NCBI GenBank assembly: GCA_965153455.1
Contig: OZ234493.1
Coordinates: 10,778,213-10,842,212, forward strand
Origin: Sphagnum compactum
Taxonomy: Eukaryota
Length of the DNA stretch: 64,000 nt
Reading direction: 5' to 3'
Positions within the stretch are counted from its first letter, which is position 1. Every line of letters begins with the position of its first letter. The translations under genes were made by a program, and so were the position numbers. The notes under the pieces were generated by a model that saw only the letters and a list, made by a program, of their open reading frames with translations, was not told the DNA's origin and did not search any database. Below are positions 13,261 to 27,088 of this stretch, piece by piece.

Positions 13261-13999
13261 TTAAAAGTATAAAAGGGAGGTGGGGGCGGGGGGGGCTAGT
13301 GCGTTTTTTTAATACCTTTCACCTCAAGGACGGTTGATTTCAACCATAATTAATTGCTTTGGCAAGTGCCTAATAATTTTTGATTTTAGCAAGAAATAAA
13401 AATGCCTCATTTTTTGAACAATTCCAATTGAAAGTGTCTAACTTTGTGCAATAATTAATCACTTTAATTAATAAAAACCCAAAGGTGCATGAGGATTTCC
13501 CAAAATTATCAAGAAATTGTATTATGGTAATGTTTACTTGTAGGAATGACTTCACATTAGGAATAACTTCATATTATGAGTCACAAATCACACATATTAT
13601 GGTGCAAAGATGATTACAAAAATGACACCACCCTTTTCATTCATATTATAAATCAAGAATCACATTGTTGGTGCTAAGATGATTACAAAAATGACACCCT
13701 TTTAGAGGAAATACAAGCTTACCAAGTGTGTTATAAGGATGAAAACCCATTCAATCACACTTATATCATACTATAAGCATGATATTGAAACACTACTCCT
13801 CCGTTGAAGGAAACTTTCCTTGTTTTGTTTTTTCGCTAATAGATGACCAATGGAAATTGCAATCATAAGATGTAAACCAACATCTTTGCCATCAAGAACT
13901 AAGCTTACATTATGGGTTTGAAATACCATTCATGGTGCCTAATAACTAATGAGTAAGCTCCCTCAAATTCTTTTTCAAGTTTTTCAAATTTCTTTGGAC

Positions 14000-16900
14000 C
14001 AGTGCTGTTCAAGCATCCGGCAGCATCCAGCCGCAGCCGAGCTGTTTTGGTCCTGATGAAATCTCGGCCGCAGCCGCAACTGCCCGATTCACATGCCAAT
14101 ATGGCAGCCGCAACGGTAGCCGCCCGTTAACAGTGCGTATCATCAACGTAGCTACTAGCCTACTACCATTTGCACCTCCAGCTCCTGTAGTTGCATTATA
14201 TGCAGCAGCTTCCCGATTTGCTGCACGGGCCTTCCTGCGACCTAACATCTTGATTTAAAAAAAGAACCCGCTTCAATGAATTAAGATGAGTTCTAAGCAA
14301 ACCCAATCTACTGATAATATCCTGGTGAAGATGATCTAGAACTTTTCTTCAATTAACTAGTCTTCCTGCAGTTTAAATCTAATCTCTGAGCTCTCTATCT
14401 ATGTTCTTGGATTGGATCGTCCCCAATATTTCTTTTGATCTCATTTCTAGTGATCGCTTTTAATGAGAAATACTTCACATTGTAATGCAAGCAAACAATT
14501 TGCCACTACAACCCCGCTAAGCTTCTGCGATTAGAAAAAATTTCATAAAATCCTTTAACGTCTCAAAGCTCACGAAATTACTCCTACTACTACTACTACT
14601 CCTAGATGAGCTACTACTACTGGCGCTGCTGTTGCTAAAACCCAATTGTAGTATCCACTTAATATGCCTTGTACTACTGTCACTGAATCGAACTAGCAGA
14701 AGTACTATATAAGCAGCTACTACCAGCTGAACGAAGTGATGATCCAGTGTGTTGATTCATCCTGATCTGTCTAGGAAAGCTGCCAAAACATTACTTCCGG
14801 TCTAACGAAGAAGAAGAAGAAGAATTTGCATGCTCGCGGAACAGGCGCCGGCTTCGCTGATGCCCACCTGCTTCCCAAGGGTGGGAAGGGCCCAAGGGTG
14901 GGAAGGGAGTGGCTGCTGACCACGAAGTGTTAACTTAACACAATGTTTGAGCCGTAGCCGTCTTACTCTTGAACGTGTTTATTTACGGTCAAGGTCCTGG
15001 TTAAAACGGAGAAAGAGAAGAGCATTGAGGGTGCTTGGATGCAACCCGCTGCGCTTGTTGCTACGAGTATTGCCGGCACTTGCGAAAGTGCATTCCGACA
15101 TGGAACTAGATGTGGGGATGCACAAAATGGCACGTACGGCACGCGCGAGAATCGGAAACATGTCCGACTTTACTCGCCACCATGGCAACAGGCCGACGTC
15201 GTGTTTAACATCACCATCTTCTCGGGCTCTTTTTCGTGTATCGGGCTGGAGCAGAACCTCCTTGTCACTCTTGGAGGCCTTGAACAGGCGATATTCTGCC
15301 AACTCTTGATCGATGCGGGCTTCGAACTGGGACTCCTCGGCTGGCTCAGCGTCGTCCTCTGATTCCTCGTCACTATCGTCTCGACTCGGACCAGCGTGGA
15401 CAAAGACGGTGCGCGGCCTCTTGATGAGGTTCTTCTTGACCACTGGTGGACGCTGTCGCATACCACCGGACATGGACGCCGCTGGTGGCTTAGGTGGGCC
15501 GACCTTGCGCATAATGTCCTTGAGGTAAACTAGGCCTTGGTCGATCAGCTCTTGAGTGAAGCCATAATCTTTCAGACGGTTCTTCTACAGTGGATCCAAG
15601 TAGGCAGCGGCGACGTGGAGCGGCTTGAGAAAGAATTTCTCCTCAAGCTGCTCGAGAAGGCGCACCTTGATGGGTGCAATGTTTTCACTGTCGGCTGGAA
15701 TGGTCATCTTCTCGCCGTCGGCGCCATTAACGATGACGGGTTCATCTCGCGGTTGAAGATGTGCCTTCAGTTTAGCCAGCCACATGCCGACGAGATGAAG
15801 AGTTGGTGTATTGAACGGCTCGAGGGACTTGTTAGCTAGCTTGAAGTAGTGCAGCAATCGAATAAGTTCATCGAGCAGCTCCTCGAAGATCTTCTCGGCG
15901 CGGTCTTCCTGTTTCCTCTTTTTCAACAGCTCGGTGGATTCATCCAGCTCGGCGGACACAGACTGAAGCATGATGAGGAGACCGTCAAAGCGTGTCGCCA
16001 CGTCCTGCTTCATCTTGTTCTTCAGCTGCTTGTTCAATTTCGTCTACTTCATGTACGTGACCAGCTCCTTCGAAGCATCATCGTGTCATACACAAACGGG
16101 GACTCATCGTAGAAGAGGTATACAAGAGCCTGCTTGACGCCGTCCACTTGGCGCGTTTGCTTCCGTAGCACATAATTGATGACAATGGAAATGTGATGGC
16201 AATAGCACAGGTCCAACTCGAACTGCGACAACATACCTTCCGCACCCCTATTGTTTCCCGCCGCATCCGACTTGACTACCACCTGCCAGTCCGCAACCTG
16301 AACCATCACGTTCTCCTCCTTCTAGGTTATGAACGGGCGGACACTGTTAAGAAAGTCGCGATGAATCGCTGCCGCGGTGTGACTCGTGCCTTCGCTGAAC
16401 TCATCACAGGACACGACGCGGGTGTGCATGATAAAATTGACGTCGATCAGGTGCATGGTGTCAGCGCTGTACGCCGTCTGCGTGGCGTCGTCCGTCCAAA
16501 TGTCTGTGGAAAATGAGGCACGCCCATTGTCTTGAAAGTGGTTGTGCGCAATGCCCTGGAGCTTGACGATGCCCTTTTCGGAACGGTCCATGGTCCTGCA
16601 CTTGATTGTCTATCGGGACTGCAACAAGTCATCGGCAAGAAGCGGTGTCTTGCTTGCAAAGCCGATGTCCAGGGCTGTCTGGATGACATCATGGAATCCT
16701 GGGCCTTCCACCACCGCAAACGGGCGAATGTCATACGCACACATGTTGACTAAAAAATTGGTCATGCTGGCTTTGGCATGATCGGTCGGCATGCCTTTCT
16801 TGGTCGCCCAAGCGTGTAGGTTGCCAAAGCTAGCAGCAACAGCCACACGGGAGCAGGTATGGGCGCTCATTGACGACGTACGATCACGGGAGTTGTATAC

Positions 16901-17574
16901 GTAGATAGTGAAGCAGGTGGGCTTCATGCAGGCGACCGCGTACATCCTCTTAGTCCTTGCCTTGCCATCCAACTCCACTGACACATCGAAGCACACCCAC
17001 TGCCCAGTGGCCTTCACGACCACCTGACCCATGCGCTCCCATAGTTTGTTGTCCGATGGCCTAGTCGAAGACGTAAAAGGAATCACCTGATATTATGGGT
17101 TCTTGCTGCTCAAATCAGCGGATATCTTCTTCTTGGCGTCATCAAGCGACTCGAAGCACTCCATGTCCAATGTCTCAGAGTCTCAGACTCAAAACTCAGA
17201 TTGAGACCTGGCGCGGGTATGCAGTGTCCTATTCGTGTCGTACGCAGTCTGTCACAACATCAAGTTACGTCTAGGTATGTGTTCGCTCATCCTGTTGTTC
17301 GTTTGTGCTCACTAACTCACTATTCGCATGTTCGCTTCTAGGTTCTTCCTCTGCTACCATCAACATGTAGATTCGGCTCCTAATCTTCACCATTAATTTT
17401 CTTAATCATTTTGCGAAACAGGGCGTAATCTTTATATACCGGCCGCGAGTGTAGCCGGCGGCTGAGGGCGCACAGCCGCCTGCAGCCGCCCACTGATCAA
17501 AATCCTGGCCGCAGCCGCAGTCGATTTGCGGCTGCGGGCGGCTGCGGCTAGCGGCCAGCCGTTGGACAGCACTG
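14000..17574 (-). mobile_element. hAT-superfamily DNA transposon (Hermes/hobo-like), structurally complete
   Basis: TIRs cagtgctgttcaa (14000-14012) and ttggacagcactg (17562-17574; 12/13 inverted match). Perfect 8-bp TSD ctttggac at 13992-13999 and 17575-17582. GCAGCCGC subterminal repeats at both ends; internal transposase. Confidence 0.95.
14979..17164 (-). pseudogene. hAT transposase, ~728 codons, intronless, disrupted by 5 in-frame stops and 1 frameshift (~16080)
   Basis: BED-like Zn finger (W...CMKPTC...HTC), CAYDIRPFAVVEGPGF, STDIWTDD, KSDAAGN, CYCHH, QDVATRFDG, AAYLDP, and the C-terminal dimerisation domain WW...FPILARAVRAILCIPTSSSMSECTFASAG. Confidence 0.93.
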
Positions 17575-19798
17575 CTTTGGACTACAATGTGTACCATGTG
17601 GATTGTATAGTATGTAATACCATACTAGCCTTTTGGAAGGTAGGATAACTCACTTACAATTTGTGCATTAATATTGCCTTTTTTCATGACATTCATCGGG
17701 TTACCTTCTTTCTCATGGCTAGCGATCGGGGAGTTTCATATGAAGGCTAAAAATGATGCCCATATCAAGCTTTTGTAAACAACAAAAATAAAATATTTAT
17801 ATACCAAAACGTGAAGAATTCTTTCAGCTTTGGAGCAAGGATACTGAATATATATTTCACTTGAAATGGAAAAAAAAATCTCCCAACCATGCCAAATGAA
17901 AAAAAAAATCAAGTTGTGAAGGGCCAAAACCAATTTGTTGTTTTTTAAAATTTGGATCACAAGCGCGGAAGTTAGTTGGCACACATTTGTTAGAGAGACA
18001 AAAAAGCCTTTGTTACAATAAATAAGAGCCTTTTCATCGAAAGGCTATTACTCCTAGTCAGGGTCGATGTCAATCATTTCAATGAAATTTAAGCTCTTCT
18101 AAGGCAATTGTGAAGGGGATTGGGTAATGGGGGGAAGGAAAAGAGTGGAACAGGTTTGGGATGGGAGGGGGCAATGGCCATGTGAATTGGTGTTAAAAGG
18201 AGTTTGAAATTCAAGTTTATGTTGATTGAGGATGACGATAGATAATGATTATTAAAATTAAGTTTAAGTTGAGGATGACGATAGATAATGATTATAAAAA
18301 TTGAGTTTAAGTGTAGGTTGATTCGTAAAGTATTGATGTGGGAGGGTGAGAAAGGTATGTGCAAATGGTCCTCATTTTTTACAAGTGATGAAAACAAGGA
18401 GAGGATCAATTAACCAAGGGATCGACGAACTACCTACTTGTGTGTTTGGAGTGACAAGTTTGTTGAGATTTATATTACTTTGAGGATTTGAATGATGGGC
18501 ACATTTGAAGGGAAGGTTTCATTACAAAGTTCTTCATAAAAAAACATTTAATTTACATTGACTTTAGGGTTTAGAATAAACCTTAGACCTTCCCCATGCC
18601 CCAATTTTTGCACCTCCCGTGTTTTTGTGCTTTTGATTTGAATTTGGGTCCTTTGTCTTTATACTTCCTTTCCCCCCTTTGCTGGGTGGCTTTGTTTGAT
18701 GAAGTTTACCAAGGTTCATCATAAATTATAGTTTATGAAGCAAGAATGAACTTCACATCCACAAACTAGGTTCTTAATGTCACGCATGTTTGAAATTATC
18801 TTGAAAGTTTTGTAGATTGGGCCTAGTATTATTCCCAATCTTGTCAATGTAGGAACAAGTTGTAAAAATGAGGATGGAAAAAAGACATGACATACATTTG
18901 CAACTCATTGTTGTCATAAGGCATTAGATGGTTGATAGGTTCTCAACATGGATCTTTATAAAGGCACAAATAATGCTATAATGTGCCCATATAAGACAAT
19001 TCTTAAGATTTATTGTTACACACAATAGGTGTATGCTTGGTTGGGTATCAATATTTTAAGAACCAGTCAATTAACAAATTTAATCAAATCAATAAGACTT
19101 TGGGTACTTGATATCATCTCATTCAACAAAAACTTAGTTTCTTCCAAAATATTGATTTTAAAGACAAGATAATCATGCATCACCCATTGTTACATTTATA
19201 TGGTATGCTCAACTCGAAGACCTTTAAAAGGAGATGCATAAGGTATATAGTCCATGGATGATGGCATTTCCCCAAACAAACAAGGGCCAAACACAAGGAT
19301 GATACTTTATTCATATGTCATACACATTATGACCCATTTTGACACATCTAGCAAATGATTCTTGAAATTCGAAAATTCTGAAATTACATGTTGAATTTCT
19401 AAAAATTTCAAATACCATAATGTCATGTGTGGATGGTAAGTTATCTATCATTTCAATTTTTCTCCCATCAAAATTCCTTATTGATATAGTTCTTCACATT
19501 TTTGGCCTAAGTTCTGCTCTTCCAACTAAAACAACACACATGAAGAAGGGCACACTAAAAGCATGCCCAGTGTAGAGGCCAAGGAAGTGGACCTGCTATT
19601 CTTACTTTAGTCAGTTTCCCTCCATAACTAGTACGAACTACCAAACCCTAAATTTCGTCTCCCCTCTCGTGTCGCCCTTTACACTCAACGAAATGCCCTA
19701 ATTTGCGCTCTGTGCTTTCCTGACCATTTTGGTTCTTGCAAAACGCTTGCATTTTGGCTGCGTGATCGGATGCTTTGATCGCCAAATCTGCAGCAACC

Positions 19799-22700
19799 AT
19801 GTTCACTCCAGGCCGTGCCAAAGGAGGCTACGGTCGAATCCGAGAAGCAGCAGCAACAGCAGCTGGGGATGGAACTGTACCAGCAGCAGCAGCAGCAGCC
19901 GCAACACCTGTTGGTGCAATCTCCTCCTCCTCCACTGCAGGCTTTCGTCAGCCTTCGTCTCCCTGGGGTTCTCCGGCCCTCACTCCTTCCAGGTATCTCT
20001 TGTTCATCTTCGTGTGTTTTGCATTTCCGGATTCCTGAGTGAGGGAGTGAGTCGTGGGGTGTTTTCTTACTCCCGGTTTATGTTTTGGCTCATCGTGTTT
20101 GGATTCTTAGTACCTTCTTCTTATCTCTTTTGGAAAAAAAACTTTCTTCACAAGGTGTTTTTGCGCAACATTTTCAATTTGCGAATGGGTAGTTTTAGGG
20201 TTTAAGCTTTCTTGAGAGTTAGTCTTTAGTTACAGGGGAGGTTTGAGTACTATTTGTAGCTTATGGCACTGGTTGGAAGACTTTGGACTGCCTGGTGAAT
20301 CTGTAATCACGAAATGGTTTCTGTTATATGAGAGAGGTAGGTTTGTTTGTTTCTGAACCCTAGTTGAGTTAGGAAAGTGGAGAAAAACCATACTTGTCAG
20401 GAGACAGTGAAGACGAGAAAATGGTCTAGGGTTTAGGGTTTAGGGCGAGAAAATGCGTTCAGCACTCATTAGGAGGACTAGACAAAGAGCTGTGCATTTT
20501 GGTTCCTGTTTTTTGTGCAAATTGAAGTGTTTATTGATTTAGGGTGATTACTTCAGATTGCCCTGTGTCATACTGGAATATTTGGTCCTGCAAATTGGTT
20601 GCAGCAAATCTAACAGTGGGAAAAAGGAATTTTGCAGGGCAAGCAGAGTGCTTAGAAGTGGTGGTGGAAAGGGTAGTTCAGATGGGAACCAGCCTGTTTT
20701 TGTGTGCGATTTACCTCATCAGTTTCGAGTCCTGCTTGGAGAAGGGAAGCTTGGAACTCAAGGAGGTAGTAATTACATTCTGTTGTTTCTAGGCTTCTTT
20801 AATTTTTGCTGGTTTTGATGGGAGTGATACTGGAGAAGATTGATTTGGAACACAATTGACGAAGGAAGACAGGTGTCAATTCCAGGGATATGACTATTTT
20901 GACAGTGCAGCTCATTCCAAGTGATGGTGGATTGTGGAATAACTGGCAGATGCAGCAAAAGTACAAGGTGGAATGGATGGGAAGAGTGGGCTATCCTGGG
21001 TACTGTATGGGCAACATCTGTGTGTGTGGAGTCACCTTCACAGTGGTACATGTGCTATACTTACAGTGCCACAGCTGGGCCTGTCTGACAAGGAGGACTC
21101 CTGGCTGGTGTGCCTAGTGGCACATCACGTAGATCAACAGACTGAGGTTGGTTACCTTAAAGGCTGTGACGCAGTTAGTGTGATTATGTGCTCCAGCAAG
21201 AGTTTAGCTTTGGTTTACTGGCCTGATGCTTTTTCCAGTGGTGAAAAACCTCCAATAATCAGCACGGGTACCAATAACCGAGCACTTACATCAAGCAATC
21301 GCAGGTCAAATTCAGGTTCCATTGGGGTACCACTGGTTACATCTATAGTAGCATCTAGTTCAACCAGCCCTGATGTTTCTGTGGCTGTTGCAAGTGGGTC
21401 GGATGGTGAGCTGTGGCGATTTGACTGTGGTCCAGATGGCATATCCAAGCAGCAGATTGCTCGTGATGTGACAGGGGCAGAGGTGGGGTACAGTGTTTTT
21501 GCAACTAATAGTAGCAGAGCATGGTCATTAGTGTGGTGTTCACTGCCCAACGAAGGTGTACAACAGCTCCTGTTGTTGACATCACATGGGTTTGAATGCT
21601 GGAATGTTGACTTGTCACCAAGGGGGGTGGTGACCAAGGCCTGGACTTATGATCTCTCAAATGAGAAGGATGTGATGTATGACCTGGCTGGCCAGAAGCA
21701 AGTGTGGCTCTTGGACCTGCAAGTGGATGAATCTGGGAAAGAATTTACAGTGCTGGTAGCATCATTCAGCAAAGACTTTGTAACCAGCTCAAGCCACATG
21801 CAGTATTCTCTCCATTATTTCCAGCTGTGGGGTGAGGGTGAAATTAGGCGAAGGGCACCCCCACAGATCATCTTACCAAAGGCACGTGTGGAAGAAGAGG
21901 CTTTTCTCTACTCCATGTGCCTCCGTACAGGTGGACAACCTGCTGGCTCAGCATTAATCTTGGCAGGAGATGGCACTGCCACTGTTGCTCATGTTGGCAA
22001 GGGCAATCATGTACGACTTTATCAGTTTGACTTGTCTTGGGGAGCTGGAAAGGTGTTGGATGCATGTGTAGTACCTGGTGAAGATGCTGGTGCCTGGATA
22101 GTCCTTACAGAGGACGCAGGTGTGTGGGCTATCCCACCAAGAGCCATACTGCTGGGTGCTGTACAACCCCCCGAGCGTGGTTTGTCTCGTCGTGTGAGCA
22201 CAACTGAGGAGCCAGTGAAGGATGAGCGTCGGCAGCTGATGTTTGGTGATGCAACAGAACTGCAACGGCTGGGCTCAGGGAGGGTTGTAGCAGGTGATGA
22301 GCAGTTGGACCAAGTAGTGAGCCAATGGCCTTCACAGGATGATGAAGCAGAGACAAGTGTAGGCCGCTTCTTCCAGCAGTATCTTGCTTCTGGGCAGCTG
22401 ACATCTGTACTAGATAAACTGCAGAATGCTGGTGCCTTTGAAAGAGAAGGTGACAGAAATGTGTTTGCATGTACAAGTCGAGCAATAGTGGATACACTTG
22501 CCAAGCACTGGGCATCAGGCAGAGCATCTGGTGTTGCAGTTCTTGCAACAGTCTCATCACAACTTGCAGACAAGCAAAGGCGGCATCAACAATATCTCAA
22601 TTTTCTTGCAGCCAGCAAATGTCATGAAGAGCTTCAACACAAGCAGAGTAAGTGATTAATACTCTCTCTAGTTGTCATGATCTCTTCTTGATGCCATGTT

Positions 22701-25700
22701 AAGATCTCACTGGCAGTCCTTTACTTCTTTTCAGGAAGTTCACATCATGAAAGTTTTACACTCCAATCTATCTGTGCTAGGGCATCACTGCTTTCTCTTG
22801 CAAATTCATGCACATCCAATCAAAAGGAAGGAAACTGCTGCTCCTGATGCTGTTAGAAAATAATTCTGAGTATTGCATCAGTATTTTATGGTTTTAGATG
22901 AATGGAAAGTCAATAGGTAGTATATTGGGTAGTTTTGGCTGGGTCTTGACCCACACCAGCTCTTGTTATGGCATTGCCTGTATTGATGGGTTGGGGCTTC
23001 TCATGCAGGAGAGGCATTGCATGTGATCATGGAGCATGGAGAGAAGCTAGCAGGAATGATAAAGCTGAGGGAATTGAACAATGCTCAAGCTCAACCTGGG
23101 TCTCCAGATAATTTCACAGGATCTTCAAAACTTCTCACGCCCCAGAGCTCTGGCGAAGGAACTGGTGCTCTTTGGGACACAGTGCAGCTTGTGGGAGAAA
23201 AAGCTCGCAGAAACAATGTGATGCTTATGGATAGAGACAGGGTGGAGGTGTTCTACACACGTGTATCAGAATTGGAGGAGTTATTTATCTGTATCCAGCA
23301 GCATGCAGGAGCACTGGTGCAATGTGACAAAGCTGTAAAGGTTCAGATTGAGCGTGCAGCTGAGCTTGCCTTTGCATGTAGCACAGTGTTGCGTGTGGCG
23401 ATTGCATATCATGACACACAACATGCTTGGTATCCATCACCCGAAGGTCTTACACCTTGGTACTGCAAACCTGCAGTTCGCTCTGGGGTGTGGAAGGTGG
23501 CAACCATGCTCCTCGAGCTAAAGTCTGAGGCAGAGGCAAGCGAGCCATCACTAACACCAGGGTTGATGACGCAGCTGGAAGAGATGGCTGACCTTCTATT
23601 GGAAAGCTATGCAGGTGCTATAACAGCCAAGGTGGAGCGTGAGGAGGAATATCGAGGCCTGCAGATGGAGTACTGGAGTCGTCGTGATACACTTCTCACT
23701 GCTCTCCAGCAGTATGCTGCACAAGTTGCCCAGACTGCAGCCCAGGTATTTACCCTCATGTATTTTTGCTGCTTACTGTCTGTCCACATCCTTGTCATTC
23801 ATGGGTGGACTGTGGACCAAGAAACAGCACACATGCACAATGGTCAGGCAGGAAAATGAAAGAAGTGGGGTGAATGCTGCTAAAAGAAGGTATCTGTGTT
23901 GGTGGCAAATCTTGGCAGATGAGATCTAAATGGGGCCTTGTCAAGCTCCACCTGCATCTGTCATCACAGTAGTCCAGTCTAGAATCACCAGTTTTGAAAT
24001 CATCCTGTAACTTCAACTTATTTCCTTCGTGCATCCCCTGCTTAGAGATTTCTCTAGCTCCCCATGTATTTGTGTCTGTTGGTAGTTTTTTCTTGCTTCT
24101 AGCTTGTATTAGAACTAGTTTTGTGCAGTGCTTATCTTTGCTGGGAAGTTCACACCCATCCCATCAAAAAAGGTGGATGGTGATGGGTTTTGTGATTTGT
24201 GCCTGCATTGAGGAGTTGTGATCTGTTGCAAGCGCAGCGTGCTGGAGGGGGTGGAAAAGGAGAAGAGCAGAGACAGAAGGTGTTGCAGAAGCTTTATACA
24301 CCGTTGATAGCACTTGGTCGTCGGCATGCTGCCTTCTCTACTCTTTTCCAGATCTGTATGGATCTTGATGATCACAAGCTCCTGCGTAGGCTGATGGTTA
24401 GAATGCTCTTCCCTGACCTCTCTTCTCTTTTTTTCTCAAACTGTGAAATCCAGTTTCTTGTTGTCCTCAATGCCTGATGGTGAACATTTTTCTTGTTGCG
24501 CTTCAACCCAACAGATGCTTGAGACTTGCAGGCTTTGTTAGAACTTTGCAGCATAGTGATGATTCAGGTTCATTTTACATTTCCTGTAATATCTAGTGAG
24601 GCCACTGATTTTTTGGCTTAGATCAAAGCACCTGGGCAACAAGCCACATGGTTGTGCTACAACTTTCTGAATATGCTCCTACACAACATGCAGAAATTGT
24701 ACCAATCAACCATATAGACAGAAAGTAATGGCATTAATGCAGTCGTTCTGCTGAAGCAGAGAGAAAGCATGGGACTGAAGGAGGGCCGGTTTAGTCGCTT
24801 TGTATTTGAGCAGTGCTACCAGCAAGGTCAGCATGCACGTCTCCTTCGTCTTGGTGAAGAGTTTGGAGAGGAGCTAGCAGTTTTTCTTGAGGAACATCCT
24901 GAACTGCTCTGGATGCATCAACTAAAGTTACACCAGTTTACAGCTGCATCCAAAACCTTGTTTTTGGTCTCCCAGCATTCCACAAACAGCACCATAAGGC
25001 AACGTCGCCACTTGTTGCAACTTGCAAAACTAGCAGCCCTAGCAGGTACCAAGCTCATAAGTGTTTAGCTAAGTGAAATTGTCCTACCTAACTTGGGTTT
25101 TGGTTCCAGGGCCTCAGCATCCTTGAAGCATGATATTAGTCTTCTGTGACGTTGGCTTTAGCACGCTTTCTGCTTGGTGACTAATCTCATCACTCATCTG
25201 AAGTTGAAGAGTTCCTAATGATAGACAAATAGCAGCTGGTCCCTGCTATCAGTGATGAAGGTGATGGTCAGACACTTTGTGAGTGACACTCATAAGGTTT
25301 TGAGAGCACATGTTCTTGTTCTGTGTTCTGGAGTTTGCTCTGCAATTTCATAGATAAGTTACTAGGGATAACTTATCATTTGGCAGATTTCTGCTTGCAG
25401 GCCAACTTAATTGTAAAATGAGGTTGGGTTTGGGATTGTCAGTTTACGCTACACATCCTATCTTTTTTTGTCATTCCCATATTCATGGAGGAGAATTGTA
25501 ATGGTCTTCATGCAGGAGGAGCAGTTGGAGCAGATGTGATAGCCCAAAATGTAGATGCAAATGTTGCCATCCTGGCAGTGCAGGTATGATGGTCACAGGT
25601 CATATAGCTGATGGACATAAGATTATTTGGTGGTAGATTTGGTCTTGTTCATATACTTGAGTGTCAAATGAGGAGATGTTATATCTGTTGGCAGCCAAAT

Positions 25701-26314
25701 TGCACACATGTCAAAAGAAGAATGTAAATAAGCAGGAGCAGCAATGCAAGCAGTGAACACTAGTTTCAAGTCTCACAATGTTGTTGGTGGAATTTCAGGA
25801 AGTGGCAGCAAGAGAAGGAGTGACTAGTGAGGAGCTTTTATCACCAGGGAAACTGGTTGATGCATGCCTAAAGAGTGGATCCAGGGAGTTGGTGATGGGT
25901 GCTTTTGAAGTGTTCACAAACGCTGGTGCAAAGTTTTGCAGTAGTAATTACAATTTGTTGGAGCAAGCATGGCTGCGGGCAGCAGATCAAGATGATTGGG
26001 TTGGCGTAAAGAAAACGTCAGATGAGGAACCATGGAGTGATGACCATCTGCTAGAAGCCTTGCAAGGCACACTGCTTTATCAAGCTTCCAAGCATTTTTT
26101 TGGTGAAGCAGGAATGATTCTACCGAGGTTTGACCAAGGGTTTCCAAACCAGATAGGTGTAACTGCAGATAGTGCAGAGGCTGTTGAGAGTGTCCTGGCA
26201 AAGCACCCAAGTTATACTTATGCAGGTCAGATCATGCTCACTGCATTTCGAATGGGCACCAGCTTGCATGCTAGTTTAGATGAAAGAGACGTTGACACGA
26301 TGGTGGATTTGTGA
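19799..26314 (+). CDS. NUP133: Nuclear pore complex protein NUP133; predicted exons 19799-19992, 20638-20765, 20950-22647, 23009-23745, 24238-24396, 24760-25045, 25516-25583, 25799-26314 (~1261 aa)
   Basis: Plant Nup133 motifs PVFV..P, GGMDGKSGLSW, DLAGQKQVWLLD, PKARVEEEAFLYS, IVDTLAKHW, IMEHGEKL, VGEKARRNNVMLMDRD, PEGLTPWYC. GT-AG exon lengths sum to a multiple of 3. The exon 2 acceptor is the least certain boundary. Confidence 0.92.
20427..20445 (+). promoter_or_regulatory. Telo-box/telomere-like tract (TAGGGTTTAGGGTTTAGGG) in NUP133 intron 1; single telo-boxes at 5001, 19643, 57588, 57635
   Basis: AAACCCTAA/TTAGGGTTT motifs seen directly near the 5' ends of RER1, NUP133 and HRD3. Telo-boxes are known plant promoter/5' elements. 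Confidence 0.55.
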
Positions 26315-26586
26315 ACAAACCACATTATTCTGTGTAACCAGTTATTTGCACTTTTTTGTAGATTCTTTTCTCCATTGCCGAGAGGAGGGGTTACATATGA
26401 GGGGGTATGTAGCTCAGGACACAGAAATGCACACTGCAGGGATCTTTTGTGTAGCGCCTTCTCAATGGTTTGAGAGAACCAACAGCCACCAGTGCATCAT
26501 CCATCGATTGGACATCTGTTGTGATTCAGTTGTAGATGGACCCCAACTGAGTTGATGGTAACCTACCTTGTCAATGGTTTATTTAG

Positions 26587-26680
26587 TGTAGGAGAAGGTT
26601 TTGCGCCTGGTACCTTCCGGAGTTTTGGGCCCCACCCCTCAGCATACCGGAAGGTACTAGGTGCAAAACCTTCTCCTACA
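26587..26680. repeat. Near-perfect inverted repeat/hairpin (34-bp arms, 26-nt loop)
   Basis: tgtaggagaaggttttgcgcctggtaccttccgg (26587-26620) versus ccggaaggtactaggtgcaaaaccttctcctaca (26647-26680), with 2 mismatches. Confidence 0.9.
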
Positions 26681-26681
26681 T

Positions 26682-27051
26682 AAAGTCCCTCTAATTTTTT
26701 CCCTCCCTTCTTTCCGTTGTTTTTCCACCTTTTGCTCTCTTTCCGACCTCACCGTCATCAATATGCTGATCTTCCAAGGATTGTCAATCATGATTATTAC
26801 ATCTAAAAAATATGGTTTTGTTTTTATTTTTTAAAATTAGTTTCATTAGTATCCAAGATGGAGATCAAAGCATAGCTAAAAAGTGGAAAATCTTGTATGG
26901 TCTTCAAAATTATTAGTCAAATATGGCTTATAAACCAAAAATGATTTATAAAAAATGTATTGATGTTTAATAATTTTTATTTTTCCCCCTTTATTTCAGT
27001 ACTAGTGTAAACTGGTTTTTCCAAGGATTATTATTACATAGATAGAAAGTA

Positions 27052-27088
<37 letters not shown>

